DNA of 64,000 nt from Octopus sinensis (GCF_006345805.1 NC_043003.1:96410001-96474000), one strand, 5' to 3'. Shown: positions 37,604 to 50,680, counted from the stretch's first letter. Notes: generated from the sequence alone by a model not told the origin. Numbers and translations are program-made.

Positions 37604-38675
37604 CTGTAAAAGAAAATAAAATAAAAAAATAAATTAAACATTGATAAGATGAATACCAGAAGTCAGTATATTATATAGAGTAAACAGTTAAACATTATCA
37701 TTATCTTTCCAAAATCCTGCTGCATTTCACATGGAAATTTTGGTGCTCCAAAGTTGTCTTGCATAAGTTTACTTACCTATTTTTGGCTGTAAATTTTGGT
37801 CAATAAATTTGACCCGCACGCCAGAAAATATGGTAGTAAACATACTAAGACAGTCTTGCTGAGGTTTCAGATATAGCAGTATGGTTTTAAAAAATGGTTC
37901 ATAATATTTTCTTTGACAATCCTTCTTATCAAAATATGTGATCCACACAGCATAAAGCATAAAAATAAGTCTATTTGGAAAATACTGCAACAACTGAAGA
38001 TCTATTATGATAATAATTTGAAAATAGATGACTCCAACATTTAATCGCCATGCTTCACATATTTCCAACTAACATGGTTTCAATCAAATAAAAGGTAAAA
38101 AAAAAAAAAAAAGGCTTCCTTCAGTCATGAATGACCATGGGATTGCACCTAGAAAGTTACCCCCCAAAGCACAAGTCCAAGTAAGGTTGTTCATGGAAGA
38201 CCAACAGTCACTCATACACACTAGATTTCCTTCTCCAAGGGAAAGGCAGAGACTGATACAGCTTGGCACTAGTGACATCGTAACTCATTTCTACAACTGA
38301 GTGAACTGGAGCAACATGAAATAAAGTGTCTTGTTCAAGAACACAACAAACAGCCCAGTCTGGGAATCGAATTCAATCGAATTACCTTTTTACTGGTGAC
38401 AAGGCTGTGTTGCAATAAATGCATGCATGCAATTTGTCAGGAACTGTCCCAAGTAATAAAATTTCTTACATTGGTACAGTACTACAGCTTTACAGGTGAG
38501 GGGAACAGTTGACTGAATTCAATCTAGTAAATGCTTGGTACATTTTTAATCAGCTTTAAATGAAAGGGATACATGGGAATATCATGAAATGAATAGAGGA
38601 AAAAAAACTACTGTTGTGATCACTCTACAGCTCTTATGGAATAGGGCAATAAAATAATTGTATGTTAAGACTTAC

Positions 38676-38762
38676 CGTAACCCAGACAATTGTCCCAAAT
38701 CGACCTTCTCCTGAGCTCTCTATATTCAAACCAATTGAGTGTTCTCTTTGAATGAAATCTAA
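38676..38762 (-). CDS. EXD1: EXD1 coding exon 6 (ExoI region)
   Basis: ctttacag|...ACG|gtaagt; 87 nt; LDFIQREHSIGLNIESSGEGRFGTIVWVT. Confidence 0.93.
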
Positions 38763-39557
38763 CTGTAAAGAGTAAAACAAATATATAAATTAGAGGATTT
38801 CAGCCAGTAGCAGTAATAGTTGTGGTAGTAGTAATGGTGAGTTGTAGTAGCAGTAGCAGCAGTAGGGGTGCAGCACGGGGTGCTTGCAAGCCCTGCTGTA
38901 CTCTTTTACCACAAGTTTCTGTCACTCTTTCTTCCTGTTTCTGTTATACCTGTATTTCAAAGGGCCAGCCTTGCCAAATACTGTGTCATGAGGAATCTTC
39001 CCAAGAACTACATTAAGGGCACACGTGTCTGTGCATTGCTCAGCCACTTGCACCTTAATTTCCCGAGCAGGCTGTTCCATTGATCAGATCAACTGGAGCC
39101 CTCGTCGTAACCGACGGAGTGCTACAATATAATCAGTGAACAAATTAAGTTTTTTTTTTTTCTTCACTCACTCATTGTGCTAGTAAAAGCATGTATGTGT
39201 ATATGCATATGCACATGCATGTGTTTGATCTGAATGTTTTCTCTATGCATCTTAAGACTTGGATATATGTAATGCATGTACTGCAGTTATGTGTGTGTGT
39301 GTGCTTTTTTTTAATGTCTTTCTGTTACATGCATGCCTTTAATGTGTTTGTATAATAAAGAACAAAATTCTTTTTTGAACGGTCCAAGGCTCAGAAACGC
39401 ACTAGAGTTTACTGTAAGCAAAAGAGCTGGTCTTTATGAGTACATTGTTAAAACATTTTGTCACAACCAGTGCATCATCTAAAATCATGGAACACACAGT
39501 CAGAATTTGAATATTGGTATTATAAAAACATCTGAGACAAAAAAGTGATTAACTTAC

Positions 39558-39673
39558 AGTAGCTTTGAGATTTTTGCTTTCTACGATAGTGAATTTATCA
39601 CATGATTTTGCCAGGTCTTTGTTTGAATGGTTCTTTTCAGTTTGTGTCATCTCATCTTCCTCACTTTTTTCGT
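39558..39673 (-). CDS. EXD1: EXD1 coding exon 5
   Basis: atttag|AC...ACT|gtaagt; 116 nt, phase 1 to 0; EKSEEDEMTQ...KFTIVESKNLKAT. Confidence 0.85.
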
Positions 39674-41012
39674 CTAAATTAGTCAACAGAACAGAAATAA
39701 ATAGCAAAGAGAATAATTTTACAAGCACTGTAATATATAACTTTTTTCTATGACAACAATTTAGATAATGTGCTGGTGTATTTCAAAGGTTTTTGTTTGA
39801 ATTTTTTTCATTTTAAAAAGTGATTTTTGAGATTTCTTAAAAAGAAAATTTTTCACTGCTTCACCTTTTTCTTTTTGTTTTTTCTTACCATCTTTTAACT
39901 TCTCTTAATTCATTCAGTAACAATTTTACTTTCCTAGCCTCTCCTACCAACAGCACTACCTTGTAGTTTTATTATACTATAAAAAAACTTAGATTAGATA
40001 TATTTAAACAACATGGATTTAACTATAGAGTACATTCAGTTTCTGTTACTTTCTCATAATTTCTCTGGTGCTTGTGAGTGCTGCAAAGAAGCTATGGTCC
40101 TGAGGAATTCAATACATGACGTGACAGAAGTTACATATACCACTGATGGCCAAGAGAAAAAGTTGAAAAACATCCATGTTTCTGCTTTCTATCAATCTAA
40201 AAATGTAGGGTTTTAAACTGACCCAAAATATACTATTGACCCTTTATCGTTTAGATTATTCTGTGAAATGTAGAGGTTATTCATTCACGTTATTTTGAAA
40301 AAATCATGCATTATTGCAGAACTTCGAGATTTCAATGTGTTAATTTTTAGAATGATATTGTAGGGTAGGTGTGAGAGGCTGGATCTGGCTAGTGGAATGT
40401 AAAACAGGTAGAATATTTGGTCTGGGTATGACCAGTTTAAATGTTAAAGGTTTTAGAGAGAAATGAATTAACAGACTTATCTAAATGTATTTATTTTTAT
40501 TTAAATTTTTTTTTTATCTAGTTTCAGCTCACGAGCTGTGGCCATGCTGGGGCACCGCCATTACATAGTTTATATAATTTTAATTTCAATACATAAAACA
40601 AATGCTTTGCTTTTAATCTTTTTAATTTCAATAAAATAAATATCAGTAACATACAAGGATAAAATCAACCAGTTACATTCCATCATAGGAAAATTTGGTC
40701 TTGGATGTTTGAATGTAATTAGACACAGTAAGTTGCAGCTGAAAGTTGTTATTCCATCATAACACAACAAAATCCAGACAAAATTACTAAAACTTGCAGC
40801 ATCCTTACCCACCCATCACCACTAAAATCAACGGAAATACCAACATGTTAATGTTTTATGAATGCACAAAGGTGAAAACTGGTAAAAATAGGCTCGTTTT
40901 GACTGACTTATCTTAAGACATAGGAAAAGACAGTCTTGTGTGGTGTCCCTACAACCCAATAAGTTATAGTCTTTTATCATCAACAGGCCCAATGAAATCA
41001 ATATTAACTTAC

Positions 41013-41059
41013 CTGTATCAAATTCATTAGGTTCATCTTCCTCATAACTGAAGCTGGCC
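41013..41059 (-). CDS. EXD1: EXD1 coding exon 4 (acidic linker)
   Basis: tttgcag|G...G|gtaagt; 47 nt, phase 2 to 1; ASFSYEEDEPNEFDT. Confidence 0.8.
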
Positions 41060-41852
41060 CTGCAAAGTGTGAACAGCAATGGGACTTAGTTTTTGGAAGT
41101 GTAAAGGAACACATTTTGTGAGGCCAATTTAATATAAAGTTTCTGGAAATATTAGTAATACCTATTGCCTATTGTATACCTATTGTCAGAGTTACATTAA
41201 TGGTGGTGTCCTTAACTATATTTACTTTTCAGCAATTACAAGGAAAGTAGAGCACTAATGAGAATGTTTCTAACATCAATGCAAAATGAAGAAAACATTA
41301 AGAGGAGATGATGCTAAAAAGACTGATGGTTATTTTAGTTGGTGCTCTACCAATTCTTTTACTACCGTTTGACTATTTATTTCTAATATAGACACAAAAC
41401 CACAAATTTAGTGTGTGTGTGTACGATGGTAATAAGTGACTTAGTTCTGGACAGTATAATCCTTGCAATGAAGATGAAGAACTTTCTTCATTAATATCAT
41501 TGTTTTTAAGAGCAATTTTCTTTTCACACTGGTAGAAGTTATATACAAAAATATCATTAAGATATGTGGCATTAGGAAGGGCATCCAGCTGTAGAAACTC
41601 TGCCAAATCAAGATTGGAGCCTGGTGCAGCCATCTGGTTCGCCAGCCCTCAGTCAAAATCCTCCAACCCATGCTAGCATGGAGAGCGGACGTTAAACGAT
41701 GATGATGATGATAATGATATATTTTTAGTGAAAATAAAACAATGAAAATACACAGTATTTCCTCAAATTAATGCATGTTTACTGTTTACATTTAAATGCA
41801 TTCAAACACATCTTTAATACCATCTACACTTTACAATTTCATGATTGCTTAA

Positions 41853-42500
41853 CCCTTTCATTACCAGCCCGGCTCCAGCCAGCTAGAAAACTTTTTGGTT
41901 CAAACGATCAACCCGGCCAAAGCTGGCCAGGTGAACCCATTGATATTTAAATGTGAATTTCAGCACAAATCTCATTGGTACATTCGTGAAAAACACGTGA
42001 TTTCACTTTGTAAATAGATGAGTTACAGTATCCAACAGTGTTTGATGTGATATCTGAGCTCTGTGAATTTTGGGAAATTTTTCTCCACATTTTTGCTTTG
42101 GTGATTTTTTTTTTCAAATTTTACAATGGATAGCAGTTTCATGCTACCAAGCAGCAATTCTGAATTTGAGGGCATTTCAACAGAAGATATGGAGAAATCA
42201 AGCAAATATAAGATTGTTTGAAGCAATCACTGTGAAAACAAAGCATTACACAGAAAGTAAACAAACTAAGAAAAAAGATAGCTTGTGGTTACCTGTATTT
42301 ACCTGTAATTAGAGTCACTCTGAGACAAAAGTTATGCAATAGAATTATGAACCTTTTCTTCAACTGTGTTCCAAAAATCACATTAATATGTTGATAAATA
42401 AAAAAGTTTAATGAAACCAGTCTAAATTCATGATTATTTTAGAATTTAATTGAAAAACTTAAGGGGTTGTGTTTTACTTAGAAATATAGTAATGAAAGGG
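41853..42500. mobile_element. piggyBac-like non-autonomous element (648 bp)
   Basis: TTAA at 41849-41852 and 42501-42504; perfect 12-bp TIR CCCTTTCATTAC. Confidence 0.85.
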
Positions 42501-43094
42501 TTAAAGCATTCACTTTTCTATGCTGATTTAGAGTGAGCAACTCTGTCATTCACCATATCATCACTCATTATGGTCTACATGCAGCCCAGCATCTTAAGTA
42601 TTTGAGATGACTTCCATCAACTATTTGTTCATTTTTAAAACCACTTTTCTGTGCTAGTATGATTTACATATTTATATTGAAGCATCATTTACAGATGGAT
42701 GCCCATCCTGTTGCTAACCCATGCCTATTTTTCAAGTAAGGAATCACTTATTTTACATGTCATCAAAGGTAGATGAATTGCTGATATAAGTGGCTACAAC
42801 AGCACTGCTCAAGTGAGTGATTTTCATAGATTCATAGATGCAAATGTAATTAAACACAATTATCTACTCTGAAAGTTTTTAACAGTCATGCTATTAACTG
42901 CAGGCTTCCATTTACACGAATAACTGGCCTATATTACACAAGACATTATTGATGATGAGTAGACTTCATAGCTTTGCTTGAGCAGACTAAGACAGACAAC
43001 AATTTGATTAAATATTTAGAAGACAGCCACACATAAAGATTCTTGGACATACCAAGCTGTCAGTTATTCTAAGACAATGCTGTACACTAATATA

Positions 43095-43372
43095 AAAGTT
43101 ACCCTCCAGGGACAAGTTCAGACAAGGTTGTTTAATGGAAGACCAACAGCCACCGATGCATATCAGCCTTCTCTCTCCATGCCACTGATGTAATCCAAGG
43201 GAAAAGCACAGCTTGGCACCAGTGATATCACAACTCATATCTACAACAGAATGAACTGGTGCAACATGAAATAAAGTGTCTTGCTCAAGAACACAACACA
43301 CAACCCGGTCCAGGAAATGAACTCACTACCTCATGATTGAGCCCAACGCTCTAATCACTAAGCCATGTGCCT
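43095..43372 (-). mobile_element. tRNA-derived SINE, family E (representative)
   Basis: GGCACATGGCTTAGTG..TAGAGCG head; GGTCTTCCAT(A/T)AAACAA and GAGGGTAACTTT tail. Others at 34895-35040(+), 38110-38370(-), 47560-47672(+). Confidence 0.75.
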
Positions 43373-43605
43373 TCGCACACTGATGTACAGTGCTTAATTA
43401 TGAACTAAATAATGTGAAGTGCATTTACTTTATTTTCTTTTATGTTCTAGAATGATTAAAATCTCAGGTAGTGACAGTTTCATGCCAGACAAAAACGGAC
43501 TCAACCAGAAAACTGGAGATACAAAAGGAACACAACTGAAGCTCTCTATTAAACATAATTTTACCAGACAGCAGCGAAACAAAAATGAAACAGAAAGTAT
43601 CTCAC

Positions 43606-43660
43606 ATGTCACTCTGTGTTGCATCTTCTTCAGGATATTCATTATCAACATCAAATTTCA
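43606..43660 (-). CDS. EXD1: EXD1 coding exon 3
   Basis: ctttttcag|TG...AT|gtgag; 55 nt, phase 1 to 2; KFDVDNEYPEEDATQSD. Confidence 0.8.
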
Positions 43661-44665
43661 CTGAAAAAGATATACAAGTTAATCCAGATGTAATATGAAA
43701 CCTGTTTGATAAATGTGAGAAAATATCTTGGTTTTAAAGCAATGTCCTCAAGTATATGAGGGCTATAAAATGGAAACAAAACCCTAGTTTTTATCATTGA
43801 GACATTTAACTCACTCACTCCACATATATCTTTACTCCTGGTTGCAGTCATTACACTTGGGAACAATGTAACAAGAAAACATGTTCTGACACAACCTGTA
43901 CACAAGAAGTTCAGAGGTGAACAAACAATGTAGGTTTCTAAGACATTCTATTAACTGGAGGAACATTACAAAGTCCTTCCTCATTCAAATCATCATCATC
44001 ATCGTTTAGCGTCTGCTTTCCATGCTAGCATGGGTTGGACAGTTCAACTGGGGTCTGGGAAGCCAGAAGGCTGCACTAGGCCCAGTCTGATCTGGCAATG
44101 TTTCTACAGCTGGATGCCCTTCCTAACGCCAACCACTCAGGTGCCAGACGAGGCTGGCAAACGGCCACGATCAGATGGTGCTTTTTACATGCCACCGGCA
44201 CGGGGGCCAGGCGAGGCTGGCAACAGCCACGATCGGATGGTACTTTTTACGTGCCACCTGCACGGTGTATATTTATATATATATATATATATAGGCACAG
44301 GTGTGGCTGTGTGGTAAGAAGCTTGCTTCCCAAACATATGGTTCCAGGTTCAGTCGCACTGCTTGGGAAGTATCTTCTACTAAGGCCTTGTGAGTGGTTT
44401 TGGTAGACAGAAACTGGAAGAAGCCTGTCATATGTATGTGCGTGTCTTTGTGTCAGTGTTTGTCCCACACCACTGCTTGACAACTGACGTGAGTATGTTT
44501 ACATCCCTGTAACTTAGCAGTTCAGCAAAAAAGGACAGATAGAACAAGTATCAGGCATAGCAAAAAAGTACTGGGGTTGATTCATTTGACTAAAAATTCA
44601 AGGTGGTGTCCCAGCATGGCTACAGTCTAATGACTGAAATAAGCAAAAAGTATATATATATATAT

Positions 44666-44725
<60 letters not shown>

Positions 44726-45599
44726 AACCAAACTTCGCTTGGTCTGGAGTTATAGTAGAAGACACTTGCCCAAGGTGTCATTGCGTGGCCTGAAACAATG
44801 TAGTTGTACTGAACCTGAAAATGCTGTTGGGTCCCAGGTGCAGGCATGCTTGTAGTGTAAAGAAGTTTACTCTCTTAATGAAACTTGACCTTGTATCTAG
44901 TCAAGTACTATATGCAACTAACATCAAATCTAAAGCTGAGTCACAACCTCAATACTGTTGCCATTTAGGCCATGTCAGCCTTGAGTGAACATATTTACAA
45001 AGGCATCCCAGCCATGGATGGTGTCTCATCCAGGTAGAGAATATTTATGCCATGGAAACCGGCTTTATAAGTCTATGTGACTCATTGAGTAATCCCAGCC
45101 ATGACTATACTATACTTTTCTCTGTCTAGGATTGCATTGTCTACTGTGTTTTTTCACAAAACAGCGGGATATGATTTGAAGAGGTGGCACATAAAAAGCA
45201 CCATTTGGGCGTGGCCGTTGCCAGTACCACCAAACTGGCTCTCGTGCCGGTGGCACATAAAAGCACCCACTACACTCTCAGAGTGGTTGGCGTTAGGAAG
45301 GGCATCCAGCTGTAGAAACTCAGCCAGATCAGATTGGAGTCTGGTTCGCCAGACCTCAGTCAAATCGTCCAACCCATGCTAGCATGGAAAGTGGACGTTA
45401 AATGATGATGATGATGATGAGGGCTGATGTTTCTAACAGGGCAAGGGACTGCGTTGAGGTTCCCCACTTGTTAATTACATAATCTGACATTTATTACCAA
45501 GCCATCTTGGTTGTTTTCATAAATTCCTGGCAAACAATAAGTCATGGTTTTTGAGTTTGAAATGAAAAAAAAAAACAAAAACAAAACAAAAAAACTTAC

Positions 45600-45668
45600 T
45601 TTCCAAAATTTCTACAACATAGAAATGGCGAGGTCCAGGATATTTTCTGCCACTAACAGGGTCACATA
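45600..45668 (-). CDS. EXD1: EXD1 coding exon 2 (second half of LSm fold)
   Basis: tttctttttcag|TA...A|gtaagt; 69 nt, phase 1 to 1; CDPVSGRKYPGPRHFYVVEILE. Confidence 0.85.
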
Positions 45669-46399
45669 CTGAAAAAGAAACGAAAATGCATAAATTATAG
45701 TTATTGTTTCTAAAAGTTTTACCTTTGAATGAACATTACACAAATTGCTATTAGTAGCTTCAGGATCCTATGTGTAAGATTGAGAATGAAATTCTGGCTT
45801 CAATCATGGGCCTCAACTGACTCATCCCGCCAGAAAGAAGTTCATAACAACTATTTTGCTCCTTGAGGGCACAAAATAGTGCAACAATAAGGTAACAGAC
45901 AACCAACCAAGGGACCAGTAACTCAAAACACCAGTCACAAGCACTTGTAGGAGATATACAGGAGATTCATGACCAAGGATCGAAACCTCAGTCTTCACGT
46001 CCAATTCTATTGTTTTCGGATTGTGCACTTATAATTCTTTTGTTTAACCTGTCAGATTCGCCATTATCAAGTCCACAATGTCCAGTCCTTGTTGAGGTAT
46101 GGTGACTTCTGTACTTTAATGATCCAGAAAGCAATGCAAGCGGAGCCTAAGCTCCAGGTAGGGTCTCTCATGTTGGACAGGTCAAAGGATAGAGGCCAGA
46201 CAAATATGGACCATCACTTCCTAAAAATAAAAATGGGATTGCGTGGGGTCAACACTCCTACCTAGGAAAGTCGTCGACGACCTATATTCCAGATCCGGGA
46301 CGGAAGAGCTTAAGATTAAAGCCTTTCCCAACTTAATGCCAATAAATTATTGCATGGATCTAAGTATTTAAGGAGTAGAACGTACAAGTTCCACTAAGT

Positions 46400-47420
46400 A
46401 AGACTGCCAGTGCAGAAAATCTGTAATACATATATACGATCATTTATCAAATATTTCACTACATCCGTAAATTATCTACTTGTCACAACTCTGTCGTATC
46501 ACACGTGTTACACATACATTGCGATGTGTCCATGTTTTGCGGGTATTTCAGCGTTAAAATAGAAATAACATATAATTTTGTGTTCCAATATAGTCACACG
46601 GCCTCAGAGAATGTTTATTTCAATTATATCGACTAATGCTAGACCTCGGTGGTATCTTACTACGAAGCGTAATAAATCGAAACTAAATATTGCAAAGCAT
46701 TTTAACTGATATAAATCTAAAGCTTCCGGTTAGAAAATAACTAAAACTAAATCAAAATAAAAGAAAATAACATTCAAATGATGCTTGAGAAAATATAAAT
46801 TTCTACTTTAATCGTATGCTTAAGCAAAATATCCAAAATATTCCCAGACGAAAGAAGAGCAAAGAATCAGAAAATCTTACCATCTCGAAGAGTTATTCGC
46901 CGACTAACACTGTCTAAACGACTTATAATGCCATGATAGGTTCCCTCTCGAAGCACCACTGTTGCAGACCGACCCAAACATTTTTCGGGATTCATAATCA
47001 ACAAAAATAATCAAAAACTGTTCATAAATTCAGTTCCCTAAAGTATCGATGTAGATATTCGTGGAAAATGGTGTTGTGACATACAGGAAGCGCGAATATA
47101 CTCAAGGACAGACAACTCATACTTTTCTTAGTGTTTATTTCCCTTGGGTTTAAATTTAGTTTCCATTTCTTAATAAAGTGAAAGCGTCGTGAGCAGAATC
47201 GTAAACTATTCTGGAACAGATATAATCCCAGAGAAGAAAAAGAAAAAAAAAAAAAAAGAAAATCAGAATTTTGGCTTACGAAAGAAGCCAGTGAAAAAAA
47301 ATGTTCATGTTTCATTAAAATATCATAAATAATACTTGAGATAATTAATCAAATAATATTTTAAGTCGTTTAATATCTGGTTGTACATAATTTGTACACA
47401 TTGACTTTATACGCGTGAAA
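46400..47420. promoter_or_regulatory. CpG-retaining promoter and first-exon region of EXD1
   Basis: Non-repetitive, with visibly more CG dinucleotides than the flanks; spans the start exon; ETS-like GCTTCCGGT near 46722. Confidence 0.5.
46881..46995 (-). CDS. EXD1: EXD1 coding exon 1 (start, LSm fold)
   Basis: ATG at 46995 with an in-frame upstream stop; MNPEKCLGRSATVVLREGTYHGIISRLDSVSRRITLRD; donor G|gtaag; 115 nt. Confidence 0.88.
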
Positions 47421-48192
47421 AAAATTACATTTTATTTCATATTTTAAATAGAGCAATAAAATTAAAATTGGTCAAAAGTCTGATTCATTTTTCTTATGCT
47501 TGATTCATGTAATCTCAACTCGAGTTCTTTTAATTAGCAACAAAGAGCTCTTTTGGTGTACCACTCATGGGCAACTGCTGGTCTTCCATAAACAATCTTG
47601 CCTGGACATATGCCTCAGAGGGTAACCTTCTAGGTGCAATCCCATGGTCCTTCATGACTGAAGGGGTCTTTAACCTTTACTCTAACCCAATCCACTATGC
47701 AAATATAATTATTATCAAACATTTATTTCAGTTTACTGTTTTTCACAAATTACATGGCTAACACAGGTACAATATTGATTTTGCAGAACCTTTTCTTCCA
47801 AAGCATTTCCCACCAGGGGTGGTCACTTCGGTCAACACACTCTAAATTAAACAATTATTAAATGTACTTAAATAACAAGGTTCAGGCGTGGCTGTGTGGT
47901 AAGAAGCTTGCTTCTGAACCACATGGTTTTGGGTTCAGTCCTACTGTGCAGCATGTTGGGCAAGTATCTTTTGCTATAGCATTGGGCCAACCAAAGCTCT
48001 TTGAATGGATTTGGTAGGTAGAAACTGAAAGAAGCTTGTCATACATACCTATACATATATGTAGCACAAGTTGTGGAGGACTTATTGCAATGCACACTAC
48101 ATTTTGTGGCAGTGTGGGCATGCATGCACGAGTCATCTAAGAGACCATTTGTCAGGGAAAAGATGCACTCATATGTCTGTCAATACAGTGGG

Positions 48193-48521
48193 TATATTAT
48201 CTGAAATATATAGTATTATATATCCATCACGGTTGACCTTTCGCACAAGAAATACAATGGAGTGTTAGGTAACAATCTGATTATATAGCCTTACACTCAT
48301 CAGGGTTAGCTGATATGGAAGAGAATATGGTGACTGTTCCGTTGTTGGAGGTGGATTAACACAACTTCTCAGTAGCTGCTGTGAAAAAGGGTAGTGATAC
48401 GAAAGAGGGTTAAGGGATTAGGTTAGGAGTTATGCCCCTTGGTTGGGTATGCTGTGAGGCCAGTAGGAGTTTTGTAAGATCAGCCATGATGGATACATAA
48501 TACTATATATTTCAGATAATA

Positions 48522-48523
<2 letters not shown>
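48193..48523. mobile_element. MITE-like or foldback element with ~55-bp imperfect inverted ends
   Basis: TATATTATCTGAAATATATAGTATTA (26 bp perfect) plus a further ~28 bp of imperfect match on both ends. Confidence 0.7.
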
Positions 48524-48562
<39 letters not shown>

Positions 48563-48706
48563 GTCTATCTGTCTATCTATCTATCTATATGTCTGTGTCT
48601 TTGTGGTTGTGTTTGTTATTTGTCACTGTTTGACAACCAGTGTTGCAGTGTTTGTGTCCCCATAATTTAACAATTTCAACAAAAGAGACTGATAGAATAA
48701 GTGTCA

Positions 48707-49207
48707 TCTATAATAATAAAAGTGAAATTCTGTCTGTCCAGCCCCTTGTATCTCAGCCTACATTTGCTCTACATAGACATATTATACCTTTTTGGAACCA
48801 GGATGATCCCAGGATTGAAAATCTGTCCTTCATTTGGTTCTTGAACATCCAGCATTGGGATCTGATATAAAAGCATTTGGATTGCTATTTCAAGCAGGTA
48901 AAGCCTGACTGACTCACACCATCTTGGTGGCATTTGTCAAGTAATGTCAGAGATCAAGGTGGAGATAATTAACTTTCGCTTCATTAATTTTATATTGAGA
49001 TAGGAACATTGGGATAGATTGACCAACAGTTAGAATTCAACTTGGGACTGGAACAATATAATGATTGCATGACAGAATTAATTCTCATTCATCCTTAACC
49101 TCTGATGAAGCACTACCAGGGAATATAGTCATTATAGACATATAGTCATTTTATTTAGCTCTCTTTAGTTTTGGGCTGTAGACATAATAGCCCTCTGCAG
49201 GGGCTAG
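48707..49207 (+). mobile_element. Non-autonomous Helitron inserted in a family A SINE
   Basis: A|TCTATAATAATAAAAGTGAAATTCTGTCTGTC 5' end; GGGCT/AGCCC palindromes and CTAG|T at 49204-49208. Confidence 0.6.
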
Positions 49208-49249
49208 TCTAAGAGTGTGCATGAAGTGCAGCTTTTAAGTTAGTATATG

Positions 49250-49396
49250 TGTGTGTGTGTGTGTGTGTATGTGTGTGTATATATATATATATGTATATAT
49301 ATATACACACATACATACATACATACATACATACATACATACATACATACACACACACATACATACATACATACATACATACATACATACATACAT

Positions 49397-49476
<80 letters not shown>

Positions 49477-49480
49477 TGCG
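49250..49480. repeat. Compound (GT)n(TA)n(CATA)n(GA)n microsatellite
   Basis: Directly visible. Comparable tracts at 2571-2660, 13790-13940, 48525-48590, 50395-50575, 56770-57030, 62360-62560 and many shorter (TA)n runs. Confidence 0.97.
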
Positions 49481-49904
49481 GTAAATAAATTGTCATCTGA
49501 ATTATGCAAAAATGAAAATAACACTGACATCACATTTTAACATATATTTACCAAAATTACATAAAAATATCTTGAAATACTAAAGAATAAATTTATTCAA
49601 TAAAATCATCATTGGCTTCAACCATAGCCCTTAGACGACTTCAGAATCTCCTGCAACTCTTCTGGATGCTCTCCTTGTTTAAGTTGGTGATTGCTGCCAT
49701 AATCATTGTCTTCAGTTTATCTTTGGTGTTACAAAGAGTTTTCTTGGTCTCTCGCACAACTGCATCAGGCTCCAGTCTAATTTGGTATGGTTTCTACAGC
49801 TGGATACCCTTTCTAAAACCAGCCACTTTACAGAATGTGCTGGGTGCTTTTACATGGCATTGCACAGGTGCTTTTACATGGTACCATCACTTTTATGTGG
49901 AAGG

Positions 49905-50436
49905 ATAACCCCGAGGACAAAGAAATAAGAATCCACAGTGTGGTGGAAGCCGTAGCCACTCATAATAGAAAGGAGTACTGGTAGAATGTCCCAGTGAAAA
50001 CCTGAATAAAATGTAAACACAATAGACCTGATATAATGATCTGGGATAGAGAAGAGAAACTGCACAGTTGTGGAAATTAGCTGCGTAGTGGATGTTAACA
50101 TAAAGCTGAAGATCAGTGAAAAAGAATACCTACGCTGAACTATTGAGAAATCTGCAGTTACTCTATCCAGATTACAAGTTCACATTTATACCTGTAATTA
50201 TTGGGGCTCTGAGATATGTAACACATTGCCTAAATACCAATCTTGAGAAATTAGGCTTCTCAAAACCTGAAAGGAAAAAGCTAATTCGAAGACTACAGAT
50301 CCAATCCATCACTGGAATTGTGAAAATCTGTAAAACTTTCCAAAAGTTTATCATTTAAATATATATGAGCATCTCATACGTACATGCATGCATGCATCCA
50401 TACATGCATACATACATACATACATACATACATACA

Positions 50437-50468
<32 letters not shown>

Positions 50469-50527
50469 CACACACATGAATACATACATATACCCACTCA
50501 CACATACATACATACATTCATACATAC

Positions 50528-50558
<31 letters not shown>

Positions 50559-50680
50559 CACACATACATACATACCCCAGTGTTGATGCTGAAATTCCAA
50601 TGAAGGAGCCTTGGATCTAGATTAGAAACCAGTTCTTTCTCTGTTGTCAGGAAATCTTGAAATAAACTGAATAATTACAT
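49905..50680 (+). mobile_element. 3' fragment of an RLE-bearing non-LTR retrotransposon (R4/Dong/NeSL-like)
   Basis: KCKHNRPDIMIWDREEKL..VVEISC..DVNIKLKISEK..TYAELLRNLQLLYPDYKFTFIPVIIGAL...KICKTF*: PD-(D/E)xK-type endonuclease; 3'UTR with (TACA)n. Confidence 0.75.

Noticed and set aside
40808-40822. 13-nt ag|...|gtaag microexon candidate in an EXD1 intron
   Set aside because: Inclusion would break the frame between exons 4 and 5.
48240-48310. Minus-strand CTGATGA with a downstream GAAA
   Set aside because: GAAA is ~55 nt away with unpaired sequence before it, and there is no valid NUH triplet or stem I.
49095-49140. CCTCTGATGAAG, Penelope-like hammerhead start
   Set aside because: No GAAA or stem III follows.
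50590-50640. CCAATGAAGG...GAAACC in the RLE-LINE 3'UTR
   Set aside because: Lacks the CUGA core; not supportable as a hammerhead.
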